Of a stretch of 44,033 nt of DNA, positions 27,384 to 37,378 are shown one piece after another. Position 1 is the first letter of the stretch. Every line of letters begins with the position of its first letter. The notes below the pieces were generated by a model, which made no database searches, was not told the DNA's origin, and was given only the letters and a program-made list of their open reading frames with translations. Location of the stretch: the NCBI GenBank assembly GCA_964590205.1, contig CAZPVO010000006.1:1-44033 (forward strand). Direction: 5' to 3'. The position numbers were made by a program, and so were the translations under genes. Source of the DNA: an uncultured Candidatus Saccharibacteria bacterium (GTDB lineage Bacteria > Patescibacteriota > Saccharimonadia > Saccharimonadales > JAGQNJ01).

Positions 27384-27970
27384 TTAACTTGCTACCTCCT
27401 GACGAAAAAGCGAATTTCCTGTATGCTCGCAAAAACACCAAACTTCGTCGATGGGTGACTGGCTTAGTCTGCTTGTTACTTGGCATGTTTTTCCTTTTAG
27501 CTGCTGGACATTTCTACATTGCCAACGCCACAAGTAAATATACGCAGCAAGTTGCTGCTAGTGATGCTTCGCTAAAATCTCAGGACCTGGATGCAACCGA
27601 AAAACGAGTGCAGGATTTATCAAACAATTTGAAACTCATAATTCAAGTGCTGTCGCGTGAGGTTTTGTTCAGTAAATTGCTCCGTCAAGTTGGCGCAGTT
27701 ATGCCACCAGGTTCAGTATTATCAACCATTGAACTCAGTAAAGTCCAGGGAGGAATTGACTTAAGTGCCGAAGCTGTCGATTACAAGACCGCCACGCAAA
27801 TTCAAGTGAATTTGCAGGATCCTAATAACAAATTGTTCGATAAGGTCGATCTTGTTCAGGTTGCATGCACACCAAAACCAGAGACAGGTCTGCCTTGTAA
27901 AGTTACACTCCGAGCTCTGTTTACCAAAAATAATCCTTACCTGTTTATTAACAATGGAGCCAAAAAATGA
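27380..27970 (+). CDS. pilN: PilN domain protein
   Basis: MINLLP motif, TM and coiled coil, coupled to pilM. Confidence 0.85.
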   Translation: MINLLPPDEKANFLYARKNTKLRRWVTGLVCLLLGMFFLLAAGHFYIANATSKYTQQVAASDASLKSQDLDATEKRVQDLSNNLKLIIQVLSREVLFSKLLRQVGAVMPPGSVLSTIELSKVQGGIDLSAEAVDYKTATQIQVNLQDPNNKLFDKVDLVQVACTPKPETGLPCKVTLRALFTKNNPYLFINNGAKK

Positions 27971-28635
27971 GTACTAAGAAATTCTATTTTGGCATGATCG
28001 GTTTAGTTGGATTGTTGAGCGTTGCATCTATAGCTTTGCTAGTTCTCGGCAATATGTTTTTGGAAAAACAAGCTCATAAGCTTAATGACTTAAAAGTTCA
28101 AGATCAAGTGCTCGAAGAACAGCAAACTGCACTCAAGCAAGCAAAAAAAGATCTAGCTAAAAATGCAGACTTGGAAAAAACAGCCAAAGCCGTTGTTCCT
28201 CAGGATAAAGATCAGGCTCAAGCCGTACTGGAAATTGTTAACATCGCCAAAGCCAGCAATATAAATATTGCCAGTATAACGTTCCCAAGCTCAACTCTTG
28301 GAGCGGCCGCTGCTCCTCAAGCATCGAATAGTACGTCGACACCTGGTGACAGCTCCAGTTCATCCGCAGGTAGTACTCCATCAACAAAAGCGCCACCAAT
28401 TACACAGGCCAAGCCAGTTGACGGGATTAATGGCGTTTATAGTTTGGAAATAAAAGTCACACCAGACGCTACGCCAATTACCTACTACCAATTCCTTGAT
28501 TTCCTCAGTCGACTTGAGAATAACCGTCGAACCGCTCAAGTTACTCAAGTGAATGTCACGCCAGTTGGCACCGATCGAACAAATCCACTTATTACGTTTA
28601 CATTAACACTTAATATTTTTGTGAAACCATCATGA
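27967..28635 (+). CDS. PilO-like protein
   Basis: TM, coiled coil and Y.QFLDFLSRLENNRR. Follows pilN. Confidence 0.75.
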   Translation: MSTKKFYFGMIGLVGLLSVASIALLVLGNMFLEKQAHKLNDLKVQDQVLEEQQTALKQAKKDLAKNADLEKTAKAVVPQDKDQAQAVLEIVNIAKASNINIASITFPSSTLGAAAAPQASNSTSTPGDSSSSSAGSTPSTKAPPITQAKPVDGINGVYSLEIKVTPDATPITYYQFLDFLSRLENNRRTAQVTQVNVTPVGTDRTNPLITFTLTLNIFVKPS

Positions 28636-28931
28636 AAGCAGACCTCCAAAAAATAATCACCAAATTCAAATCCTTTGGCAGGCTAATTGTTAAGTACTCT
28701 GGTTTTATTGTGATTTTGCTGGCACTGTGTGCCTATGGATTTATTGTGTATAGAATTGGTGCGCTGACAAATAAAGAGCCGAATGAAGACGAAGTTGCCA
28801 GCCAGCTGGATACGCTTAAAAAACCAACAGTTGACCAAAATACTATCAATAAGATCCAACAATTAGAAGATAGTAACGTCCAAGTTAAAACTCTCTTCGA
28901 TCAAGCGCGTGATAATCCGTTTCAGGATTAA
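28632..28931 (+). CDS. Short membrane protein in the PilP position
   Basis: Single TM with C-terminal RDNPF, coupled to the pilO-like gene. Confidence 0.7.
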   Translation: MKADLQKIITKFKSFGRLIVKYSGFIVILLALCAYGFIVYRIGALTNKEPNEDEVASQLDTLKKPTVDQNTINKIQQLEDSNVQVKTLFDQARDNPFQD

Positions 28932-29560
28932 CTTGCCTGGCCCGGGTGTTTTTCAATATAGTCAGCGCGAATTTTTAACATAAGGTCGGCTGTTTTTCTA
29001 GCTTTTGGGCAATAGGAAAATTCAAAGTTATCTTGTTCGCCTGCTGTTTCAATTGTAATAAGTCCGTACCCAAAAATAGCTGCAAAAATACCTTGTTGTG
29101 AGGCTGTGACATCTTCAATGTTGGCCAAGGATAATTGAGAATTTTTCGTTGTAAAAAGACCAGTACGATCGAATTCGCGAATATTATGATTTGAAAGCAC
29201 TAACTTATTGCCACGGTATACAATCGTTACAAGTATTAATATAAAAACGACTGCGATAAAGAATAAAAAGCCTAGAGCAATAACTAGCGAGCCAGAATGA
29301 GCGGCAGTTTTTTTATCTAAAACTGACGGCAGCAAAAAGTACAGGAGAGCAAACGCAGCAATTAAAGCAACAAAAGCCTGAAAATACATAATAAAGAGTC
29401 CGAACAGGTGCTTGTACAAAACCTTTAATATTTGTTCTGGTTCATCCGGTTTAGGGCTGGGAGCAGGAGCAGGTGCCGGCTCGGGATTTTGTTCTACGGA
29501 TCGTTCTGCCGGTTGAACGGATTGCTCAGGTTCATCAGTCGGTTCATCTGTTGGTTGCAT
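28928..29560 (-). CDS. PH domain (bPH-like) membrane protein
   Basis: P/E-rich N-terminus, two TMs and IEDVT..Q.GI...IFGYG.I.IETAGEQ. Confidence 0.8.
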   Translation of the reverse strand: MQPTDEPTDEPEQSVQPAERSVEQNPEPAPAPAPSPKPDEPEQILKVLYKHLFGLFIMYFQAFVALIAAFALLYFLLPSVLDKKTAAHSGSLVIALGFLFFIAVVFILILVTIVYRGNKLVLSNHNIREFDRTGLFTTKNSQLSLANIEDVTASQQGIFAAIFGYGLITIETAGEQDNFEFSYCPKARKTADLMLKIRADYIEKHPGQAS

Positions 29561-29567
29561 GCAAATA

Positions 29568-30590
29568 TTATAACAGTTTCGCTTGCTTGTTCGCTTTCTT
29601 TTGTTTGCCTAAATGTTTGTATGCTTTTGGTGTAGCTTTTCGACCACGTGGCGTGCGTTCAATCAGGCCAATTTGCATTAAATATGGCTCAACAAAATCT
29701 TCGATGGTGATTTTTTCCTCGCTCGTGAGTGCCGCAAGCGTATCCAGCCCAACCGGGCCGCCATTATAGTTATCAATGATTGCAGCAAGTAGTAGTCGGT
29801 CAGCTGGATCAAGCCCAAGTTCATCGATTTCAAGCAGTTTAAGTGCACTGTGACTGATTGGTTCGTCTATCATGCCATCGCCATTAATGTCAGCGTAATC
29901 TCGCACCCGCTTTAGCAGACGGTTGGCAATTCGTGGCGTAAGCCTTGATCGCTGGGCTAATTCTGTGGCTGCTTGCTTATTCACTTTGACCCCTAAAATT
30001 CCAGCTGCTCTGGTAATAATCTGAGCGATTTCGTCAGGACTGTAAAATTCCAACCTATGAATCATCCCAAAACGATCGCGCAGCGGTGCTGCCAACGAAC
30101 CCGTTCGAGTCGTGGCGCCAATAATTGTAAACTGCGGTAGATCCAGCCGCAGACTTTTTGCACTTGGACCTTTGCCGAGCATAATGTCGAGCTTGAAATC
30201 TTCCATGGCGCTATAAAGCACTTCTTCGACCGAACGATGCAGCCGGTGAATTTCATCAATAAATAAAATGTCGCCGTCTTGTAAGTTGGTAAGCAAACTT
30301 GCCAAATCCCCTGCCCGCTCGACAGCCGGTCCAGAAGTTATGCGAATTTGAGAACCCATTTCGTTAGCAATGACGGTTGCCATGGTTGTTTTGCCAAGTC
30401 CTGGAGGACCATACAGCAGAACGTGATCGATCGGCTCGCCGCGTTTTTTAGCAGCCGCGATAGCCAGCTTTAGATTTTGCTTGATGCGTTCCTGGCCAAT
30501 GTAGTTTGCAAAGTCATGCGGACGCAGGTTGTTTTCAAACTGCTCTTCGGCTTCGTCTTCGTTTGGTTGTACAATCCGTTCAATCGCCAT
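29568..30590 (-). CDS. ruvB: Holliday junction branch migration helicase RuvB
   Basis: [41 protein letters not shown]. Confidence 0.98.
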   Translation of the reverse strand: MAIERIVQPNEDEAEEQFENNLRPHDFANYIGQERIKQNLKLAIAAAKKRGEPIDHVLLYGPPGLGKTTMATVIANEMGSQIRITSGPAVERAGDLASLLTNLQDGDILFIDEIHRLHRSVEEVLYSAMEDFKLDIMLGKGPSAKSLRLDLPQFTIIGATTRTGSLAAPLRDRFGMIHRLEFYSPDEIAQIITRAAGILGVKVNKQAATELAQRSRLTPRIANRLLKRVRDYADINGDGMIDEPISHSALKLLEIDELGLDPADRLLLAAIIDNYNGGPVGLDTLAALTSEEKITIEDFVEPYLMQIGLIERTPRGRKATPKAYKHLGKQKKANKQAKLL

Positions 30591-31169
30591 TTAAAATCCT
30601 GGGTCGTTAAAGTAATCGATGCTAAATATATCGGATGCTTCAGCAAAATTGTTTCGCTCCCATTGCATAAATGGTTTAGGGTTGCCGATAGGATTTATTT
30701 CTTCATTGTAGTATTTCTGGTTAACTTTAGCTTCAGAATACTGGCCGATTACCATCAAGTGATTACCGCCTACATCTTTTAGTAAATCTATTATCTTAAA
30801 ATCTATCCACCCAAGTGAATCCTTTAATACTGGCCCGTGCTCCGAGAAGTCCATATCAAGACTGTCCTTAAACTCTTCCACCTTTTCTTCACTAGAATCA
30901 TAACCCGAGTACTTTTGACCTAATTTCCAAACTAAGTCTAACTGATCTCGGTGTGGCACAGAAACAGTAAAGCCTTTAGCTGTTTTTAGGTTCTCTGCTG
31001 TTATCCACGGATAATATACGGCAATAATAACCATGCAAGGGTCTGTACTAATAGACGTAATGTTGTTGATCGGAATAATGTTCTTGCGACCTTCATTATT
31101 TTTTGTACCAATAAGAACAACTAGCCGAGGGGCTAAGATTCTATGGATTTTTTCTTTAACCTCTATCAT
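30591..31169 (-). CDS. Flavin reductase-like (split-barrel) family protein
   Basis: APRLVVLIGT...N, T..NL....FTVSVP and G.H..VIG pattern. Confidence 0.8.
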   Translation of the reverse strand: MIEVKEKIHRILAPRLVVLIGTKNNEGRKNIIPINNITSISTDPCMVIIAVYYPWITAENLKTAKGFTVSVPHRDQLDLVWKLGQKYSGYDSSEEKVEEFKDSLDMDFSEHGPVLKDSLGWIDFKIIDLLKDVGGNHLMVIGQYSEAKVNQKYYNEEINPIGNPKPFMQWERNNFAEASDIFSIDYFNDPGF

Positions 31170-31171
31170 CG

Positions 31172-31741
31172 CTATCCTTTCAATGCCTGTTTGATGCGAT
31201 CTTCAGTTGAGAGTTTGGTGTCGACTTTGCTCAATGCAGTTTGAGCGTCTTGCAAACTATAACCAAGCGACATCAATCCTTGCACGGCTTCATCTTTTAC
31301 GGTCGCGCTGCTTTCAAATAAATGGCTGCTGTCGCTGGCAACCAAGCCAACTTTGTCTTTTAGATCCACTACCACTCGTTCTGCAACTCGTTTGCCGACA
31401 CCGCTTGCGGCTTGAATAAACTTCGTGTCGCCGCCAGCAATTGCACTACGAACCTCGCCTGCATTGCCAAGGTTCAGAATTGCAATGGCCATACGTGGCC
31501 CCACACCATTTACATTTAAAAGCTGTTCAAAAAGTAACTTGGTATCTGGCTTACAAAATCCAAACAGGTCATGGGAATTTTCACGTATGTGTTCATAAAT
31601 ATATAGTTTAGTTTTGCCGCCGTTTTTAAGTTGAGCATGATCTTCAGTCGCAATACTCAAACCATAGCCAACACCGTTGACGTCCAAAACAATTTGGTCA
31701 CCCAAAACTTCGCTAACAATACCCTCAAGCGTTGCAATCAT
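31172..31741 (-). CDS. ruvA: Holliday junction branch migration protein RuvA
   Basis: MIATLEG, VNGVGY, HIRE...LFGF, GVGKRVAERV, AVQGLMSLGY. Confidence 0.97.
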   Translation of the reverse strand: MIATLEGIVSEVLGDQIVLDVNGVGYGLSIATEDHAQLKNGGKTKLYIYEHIRENSHDLFGFCKPDTKLLFEQLLNVNGVGPRMAIAILNLGNAGEVRSAIAGGDTKFIQAASGVGKRVAERVVVDLKDKVGLVASDSSHLFESSATVKDEAVQGLMSLGYSLQDAQTALSKVDTKLSTEDRIKQALKG

Positions 31742-31766
31742 ATGCAATATATTATCGCATATACAC

Positions 31767-32219
31767 TTATAAATCTGAAAAGGGAACAGTGATCTGCTCT
31801 GGATCCTTTATGTTAAGATTCTCATCAAACCATTCAATATGAGGATTATCCTGAACTAAAACAAGGAAATTACCCAATCCATCGATTACATTAATTTCAA
31901 TGGTGCCTTTATCTAAATTAAAGACAGCTTGGTGGCGTTTTAGAGTTTTTTTGATTCCATACTTTTGAGTTAGTTCTTTGAGCTTCTGCTCGAATTTTTC
32001 AACTCTTTGGCTAGGCTGCACCACAAAATTTCCACTTTCGTGCCTAAACTGAACTAAGAAATCACCCTCTTTTTTGCGTGATATTTTTAGCACATCTAGA
32101 GAGCCGGTATTAAAATAAATGTCCTCGACCTCTATGTCCTTAACTAATGGGCCAAGCCTGGCTAATTTTTCTAACCAATCTTGTGTGTTTCCACCAACTT
32201 TTATTTTTAGTTCTTTCAT
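31767..32219 (-). CDS. CYTH/adenylate cyclase class IV-like protein (degenerate)
   Basis: N-terminal ELKIKV, EDIYF and IDGLGNFL. Several catalytic acidic residues are missing. Confidence 0.55.
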   Translation of the reverse strand: MKELKIKVGGNTQDWLEKLARLGPLVKDIEVEDIYFNTGSLDVLKISRKKEGDFLVQFRHESGNFVVQPSQRVEKFEQKLKELTQKYGIKKTLKRHQAVFNLDKGTIEINVIDGLGNFLVLVQDNPHIEWFDENLNIKDPEQITVPFSDL

Positions 32220-32683
32220 AGACTCATACTACAACAAATAGCAGCAGCCAGTGCATCGGCAGCATCATCAGGTTTGGGAATTTCTTTTAGTTTTAAATGC
32301 ATTTTGACCATTTCTTGCATCTGATTTTTTTTGGCACTCCCATAACCTGTGATAGCTTGCTTGATTTGGTTTGGCGTGTACTCGTGTAGTTCTAAATTGT
32401 GTTGTTTGCCAAGTAGCAACACGATGCCGCGAGCTTGAGCAACCGACATAGCAGTTGTGACGTTTTTGCTAAAGAATAATTTTTCTACCGCCATAACTTC
32501 TGGCTTAAGTTCTTTAATAAGTTGGTTGAGTTCATCAAAAATTGTTTTGAGTCGGTCGCTATCTTCTTGCTTAACCGGCGTTCGAATCACACCGGCGTCA
32601 ATCAATACCGGGTTATTGTTTTTGATTTCAATAGCACCAAATCCTAAAATGCCAGTGCCCGGATCAATTCCTAAAATTCTCAT
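32216..32683 (-). CDS. ruvC: Crossover junction endodeoxyribonuclease RuvC
   Basis: ILGIDPG, AVEKLFF, QARG, PDDAADALA. Confidence 0.97.
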   Translation of the reverse strand: MRILGIDPGTGILGFGAIEIKNNNPVLIDAGVIRTPVKQEDSDRLKTIFDELNQLIKELKPEVMAVEKLFFSKNVTTAMSVAQARGIVLLLGKQHNLELHEYTPNQIKQAITGYGSAKKNQMQEMVKMHLKLKEIPKPDDAADALAAAICCSMSL

Positions 32684-33396
32684 TCTTTGATATCAAAATT
32701 AGTGTGCGTGTTTACGACGTCGTCAGAATCCTCTAATGCTTCCATGAGTCGCATGAGTTTGCCTGCGGTTTCTTCATCAGTAATTTCAACTGTGTTGTTT
32801 GGCACAAATGTTAACTCGGCCTCTAGAATTTCGATGTTTGCCATAGTGAGTGCATCGCGCACTTTTGCCAGTTCGCGTGGATCGGTATATACAACCGTCT
32901 CATCACCTTCCTCAACTGCATCTTCTGCGCCAGCGTCCAGAATCTTCATAAGTAAATCTTCACCTGCACCTTTAACTCGGATCATACCTTTACGATCAAA
33001 CTGAAAAGCCACCGAGCCTTTTTCGGCCAGGTTACCACCGTGCTTAGAGAAAGCCAGTTTAACTTCGGGCAAGGTTCGGTTCACATTATCCGTCGCACAT
33101 TCTACTAAAATCGCGGCCCCGCCCGGACCATAACCTTCATAAGTAACCTCCTGGATTTGCTCACCGCCGAGTTTACCAGAACCACGATCAATCGAACGTT
33201 GGATATTCACATTTGGCATATTGGCAGCTTTGGCTTTATCGATTGCTAGTCGCAAACTAAAGTTCATATCAGGATCAGCACCAGCGCGTGCAGCAACTGC
33301 GATGGCATTACCAAGCTTAGTAAAAATCGCGCCTCGCTTGGCGTCGTTAGCACCCTTTTGTCGCTTGATTGTTTCCCATTTACTATGTCCGGACAT
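32680..33396 (-). CDS. yebC: YebC/PmpR family protein
   Basis: MSGHSKW..IKRQK, YEGYGPGG, TDN.NRT. Confidence 0.96.
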   Translation of the reverse strand: MSGHSKWETIKRQKGANDAKRGAIFTKLGNAIAVAARAGADPDMNFSLRLAIDKAKAANMPNVNIQRSIDRGSGKLGGEQIQEVTYEGYGPGGAAILVECATDNVNRTLPEVKLAFSKHGGNLAEKGSVAFQFDRKGMIRVKGAGEDLLMKILDAGAEDAVEEGDETVVYTDPRELAKVRDALTMANIEILEAELTFVPNNTVEITDEETAGKLMRLMEALEDSDDVVNTHTNFDIKE

Positions 33397-34828
33397 TTTG
33401 GCTCACTTTCTTATCTGTTATTATACCGTTGCCTCTATTTTTGTGCCACAACAATATACAGATTGCTAGTAATATTGCGTAGAGTATTATCATTTGTTTT
33501 GCTGAAATTGAGCGTTCGACCACGACACCAGGAATTTTACTAATGAGTGTTGCGACATCCAGCATGTAAGTCAAAATTACTTTGGCGGGCAATGCCACAA
33601 AACCTGCAACTGATGGCAACCACATGCCAAAAATTCCAGCAATGAGTGACAGTAGCATCCCAACTGGCACTAAAGGCACAACAAGTATATTTGCAACAAT
33701 TGCCAGCCAAGATGTTTGACCGAACACAAATAAAATAATCGGTACCGTCATAATTTGGGCACAAATTGTCTCAATGCAAATTAATACGACAGTTCTTGGT
33801 TGGCGATCTTTGTAAATTCGCTTAATTACGAGCGGCGCGATAATCATGACACCAAAGAATGCCAAGAACGACAAGTACCAACCAATATCGGACCAAATAT
33901 AAATTGGGTTATAGGCTGCTGTGGCTGCTGCCACCAACAAAATAAGCAGCAACGGCTTAATGTTTCTGCCGTAATACCAAGCCACAATACTCAACAAACT
34001 TACTATTGATGCTCGCATGATTGATGGACTACTACCAACTAACAACACAAACAAAAACACTAACGCTAAAGACACGATTGTAGTTTGATATCTGGATCGC
34101 TTCGAAAATAATCGCTGCGTAGCTCGAACAATAATTGTTAAGTTATACCCTGAAACTGCAATGATGTGTGTCAAACCAGTAGCTGTTAATACAGCTGTGA
34201 TTTCGACTGGCAAATTAGTGCGCTGGCCAAGCAGTAAGCCAAGCGCAAACGAGGCCAATGGTTCTGGCAATGCATTGTACATACCACTAATAAATTTGTG
34301 TCGGACTTTCTCTAAAGTTGTTTCCTGGTGACTCATGAGCTTAATTTGGGCAAACTTAATTGTTCCCTGCTTGCTGCCACGAGTTGGATAAATTTTGCCA
34401 CTTATTTGCACCGTGTCGCCGCGGTACACCATGCTCGCACCAAAGCCTTCAACACTCAGCTGACCAACTAAGTTCTGATGTTTGGGGCTTAAAACTTTAA
34501 TCGAGCTAGCCGTAAAACCCAGCTGGCTTTGCTCGGCGTACACGCCATCATCAACTACAATCGCTTGAAGTGTAACTTGCTGCTTGGCAAGTCCGTCGTA
34601 GCTGCGAAGCTTGTGCATGTAGTTTGAGCCACGGTAAACTCCAAGCACTAAACCAAAGCCAACAATTGCCATTAAGAAAAACTTTGGGAAAAGTCTGAAT
34701 GAGAACAATGCAAAAATGAAAAAACCCAAAACAATCAGCCAGCTTACTTGAACATGCAGCCGTGCTAAACCAAGGCCAATTAAAAAAGCCGCCAGCCCAC
34801 CCATAATTATGGTTGTTCTTTTTGGCAT
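33383..34828 (-). CDS. comEC: ComEC/Rec2 family competence membrane protein (no MBL domain)
   Basis: OB-like N-terminal region, GLTHIIAVSGYN, PSIMRA, DIGWYLSFLA and ANILVVP. Confidence 0.92.
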   Translation of the reverse strand: MPKRTTIIMGGLAAFLIGLGLARLHVQVSWLIVLGFFIFALFSFRLFPKFFLMAIVGFGLVLGVYRGSNYMHKLRSYDGLAKQQVTLQAIVVDDGVYAEQSQLGFTASSIKVLSPKHQNLVGQLSVEGFGASMVYRGDTVQISGKIYPTRGSKQGTIKFAQIKLMSHQETTLEKVRHKFISGMYNALPEPLASFALGLLLGQRTNLPVEITAVLTATGLTHIIAVSGYNLTIIVRATQRLFSKRSRYQTTIVSLALVFLFVLLVGSSPSIMRASIVSLLSIVAWYYGRNIKPLLLILLVAAATAAYNPIYIWSDIGWYLSFLAFFGVMIIAPLVIKRIYKDRQPRTVVLICIETICAQIMTVPIILFVFGQTSWLAIVANILVVPLVPVGMLLSLIAGIFGMWLPSVAGFVALPAKVILTYMLDVATLISKIPGVVVERSISAKQMIILYAILLAICILLWHKNRGNGIITDKKVSQNVRT

Positions 34829-34871
34829 AGTTCTCAAGGTGCGAGAATTTTAAACCCACACTGCTTCTACT

Positions 34872-35471
34872 TCAAGCCGCGGAATTTACAACGTCGTCAC
34901 TACTTGCTTCTTCATCGTTTGTAACAAGATCACGAATATTAACATGTATACCATCAAAGGCTTGCATTGCAGCAAGCAAGGATTGCAAATCTGGTGCACC
35001 ATCACGCCGTTCACCTGAATTACTGTGCGGTCTTGCAATAACCGAAAGAGGTCCAAGTTCAACTAACGGTAGCTTTTTATCATTACCGTTAAACCTTACG
35101 AGCACGCCAACCATGTCGTACGAACCAAGCCGTGCTGAGGTAACTCCACGTAATGACAATCTAAATTCACAAACTGTGCCTTCTGGGCTGGTGTATTCTA
35201 GCGGATCAGAAACCGAGTGTATTGCCTCATCTAAATCACTATCGAGATTAGGGTTAGTGCAGATTCCTACTGCACGCTGCAACGAAGATTCATATGCACT
35301 TTTAATGATTTTGTCATCGAGCTTCAGTTCACTATCAACAAGATTATCAATCAGCGGAATATCGGGCTTGAACGCATCAACAGTCGGGGAAGTTTCACCT
35401 ACTAGTTCTGACGGTGGGACATGCGGAACTTCTGATTTTCTTTCCAACGCTCCTTCGTATAGGTCAGTCAT
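34872..35471 (-). CDS. Hypothetical acidic protein
   Basis: 199-aa ORF filling the gap, with GGAGG SD upstream. No family recognised. Confidence 0.65.
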   Translation of the reverse strand: MTDLYEGALERKSEVPHVPPSELVGETSPTVDAFKPDIPLIDNLVDSELKLDDKIIKSAYESSLQRAVGICTNPNLDSDLDEAIHSVSDPLEYTSPEGTVCEFRLSLRGVTSARLGSYDMVGVLVRFNGNDKKLPLVELGPLSVIARPHSNSGERRDGAPDLQSLLAAMQAFDGIHVNIRDLVTNDEEASSDDVVNSAA

Positions 35472-35525
35472 AGAACCCTCCGTGCTTCATTCCATTAAAG
35501 CGCGTTTAGAATTAATTGCAACCCC

Positions 35526-37328
35526 TTAAGTTTTGGTGCCGATGTAGCCGCCACTTTGATGGGCCCAAAGCTGTGCATAAATTCCTTTTTTATTTTTGAG
35601 CAACTCTTGGTGTGTGCCGACTTGCACAACTTTACCTTTGTCCATCACGGCGATTCGGTCCATGCGTTGAATAGTGCTCAGCCGATGAGCAATCACCACC
35701 GCCGTGCGGCCTTCCATTAATTTCCAAAGTGCTTTTTGAATGTATTTTTCACTTTGGCTATCGAGTGAACTCGTTGCCTCATCCAAAATTAAAATTGGTG
35801 CATTCTTAAGTAATGCTCGTGCAATTGCCACACGCTGACGCTGTCCGCCTGATAATTTAATACCACGCTCACCAACCAATGTGTCGTAGCCTTTTGGCAG
35901 CTCACGCGCAAATTCGTGCACGTATGCAGTCCTTCCAGCTTTTTCAATCTCAGCCTTTTTAGTGCTTGGTTTTCCATAAGCAATGTTGTCAGCAATGCTC
36001 CGATGAAACAGCAAAGGCTCCTGTGGTACATAAGCAATATGACGACGCAAATCCGCTTGAGCCACATCTCGCACATCGAGCCCGGCAATTTTAATATTCC
36101 CGTTTGTTACGTCCATAAACCTGAGCAGTAATTTTGTAAGCGTCGTTTTGCCACTGCCCGAATATCCAACTAAGCCAATTTTTTCACCCTCGTTTATATG
36201 AAGATCAAAATTTTTGACTGCCATTGTTTTGGCTGTCGCATCGTTATAGCGAAATGTTACGTTTTCAAAGTGAATGTTCGAGGTTAAACGCTTTGGAATT
36301 TTTTGCACCTTTTCTTTATCGAGCACAGTTGGTTTAACTAACATGGTTTTCATCGCTTGATGGGCTGCGCTCATAACAGCTTCGTAATTTTTAATTAAAT
36401 CAGCTATGTCTTGGGTGGCAACAACTAACTTAATGACATACAGCTGAACCAGGATCACAATCGCGATAGAAATTTTGTTTTGCTCGTACAAGCGCGAGGT
36501 AAAAATTAGTAGCAAAAAAGTTGCCAGCGCTGCCAGAAACATTCGTCCTAAATCTGCCGGAATTGAAGTCATCCAAGACCAATACTGTGCCATCACATAT
36601 CGATGCAGTGGTTTGCTGAGTCGCTTCTGCTCGTACTTTTCAGCAGCAAAACTTTTAACAGTCGTGCCATGCCCCAGAGCGTCAGTTATGACACCCGACA
36701 TTTCGCTGCTTGCTTCACTTAAAATCCGTCGATATTTTAGACGCCAGCGTGTAATAACAATAGTGAAGCTCAATACTAATGCCATACTCACAACAGTAAT
36801 AAGTGCGAGCAGCCAAGATTGCCAGGCGATAATACCAATGCTGACCACCACGATAATGATTTGTTTTAAGAAGCCGTTAAAAAGCAGTTGGTCGTATTCA
36901 TCGTGCGCTTCACGAAGTCTTGTTGCTTGCGATCCAAGTGAACCAAGATAGGTGTTATTTAAAAATTCGTAATCCTTTTCGAGATAATTTGTAAATATTT
37001 TGCGTTGTAAATATTCTTGGCAAACTTTGGCGTTCTTTATGACTGCGACACCGCCTACTCCCCACAGAACACAATAGACGAGTGCTAACACTAAAATTGA
37101 ATACGCGTAGTGCAAAACGGCGGTAAAATTTTTTGTAATAATCGCCTGCAGACCATAAGCAACCACAAAGGGAATCAAGATATTATAAATCAGCAATGCA
37201 GCCGGTCGAGTAAAAGCCCAAATAACAAAAGTTGGCGTATCTTGAAACCACGCACTTCTAAAAAGTCTGTGGACTTCGCGAGCTGCTTCACGATCGCGCT
37301 TTGTAAATGACTCTCCGACATGGTACAT
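35526..37328 (-). CDS. ABC transporter, fused permease/ATP-binding (exporter type)
   Basis: TM domain, then GYSGSGKT, LSGGQRQR, ILDEATS and IAHRLST. Start reassigned to ATG 37328. Confidence 0.93.
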   Translation of the reverse strand: MYHVGESFTKRDREAAREVHRLFRSAWFQDTPTFVIWAFTRPAALLIYNILIPFVVAYGLQAIITKNFTAVLHYAYSILVLALVYCVLWGVGGVAVIKNAKVCQEYLQRKIFTNYLEKDYEFLNNTYLGSLGSQATRLREAHDEYDQLLFNGFLKQIIIVVVSIGIIAWQSWLLALITVVSMALVLSFTIVITRWRLKYRRILSEASSEMSGVITDALGHGTTVKSFAAEKYEQKRLSKPLHRYVMAQYWSWMTSIPADLGRMFLAALATFLLLIFTSRLYEQNKISIAIVILVQLYVIKLVVATQDIADLIKNYEAVMSAAHQAMKTMLVKPTVLDKEKVQKIPKRLTSNIHFENVTFRYNDATAKTMAVKNFDLHINEGEKIGLVGYSGSGKTTLTKLLLRFMDVTNGNIKIAGLDVRDVAQADLRRHIAYVPQEPLLFHRSIADNIAYGKPSTKKAEIEKAGRTAYVHEFARELPKGYDTLVGERGIKLSGGQRQRVAIARALLKNAPILILDEATSSLDSQSEKYIQKALWKLMEGRTAVVIAHRLSTIQRMDRIAVMDKGKVVQVGTHQELLKNKKGIYAQLWAHQSGGYIGTKT

Positions 37329-37378
37329 GCAGGCTATTATTTCACGAACACTACCCTGTATAAAGGATAAGCAATTCG

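Noticed and set aside
29450-29557. Short tandem-like repeats (GGTTCATC, GGAGCA)
   Set aside because: They are explained by the low-complexity PTDE and PAPA coding N-terminus of the PH-domain protein.
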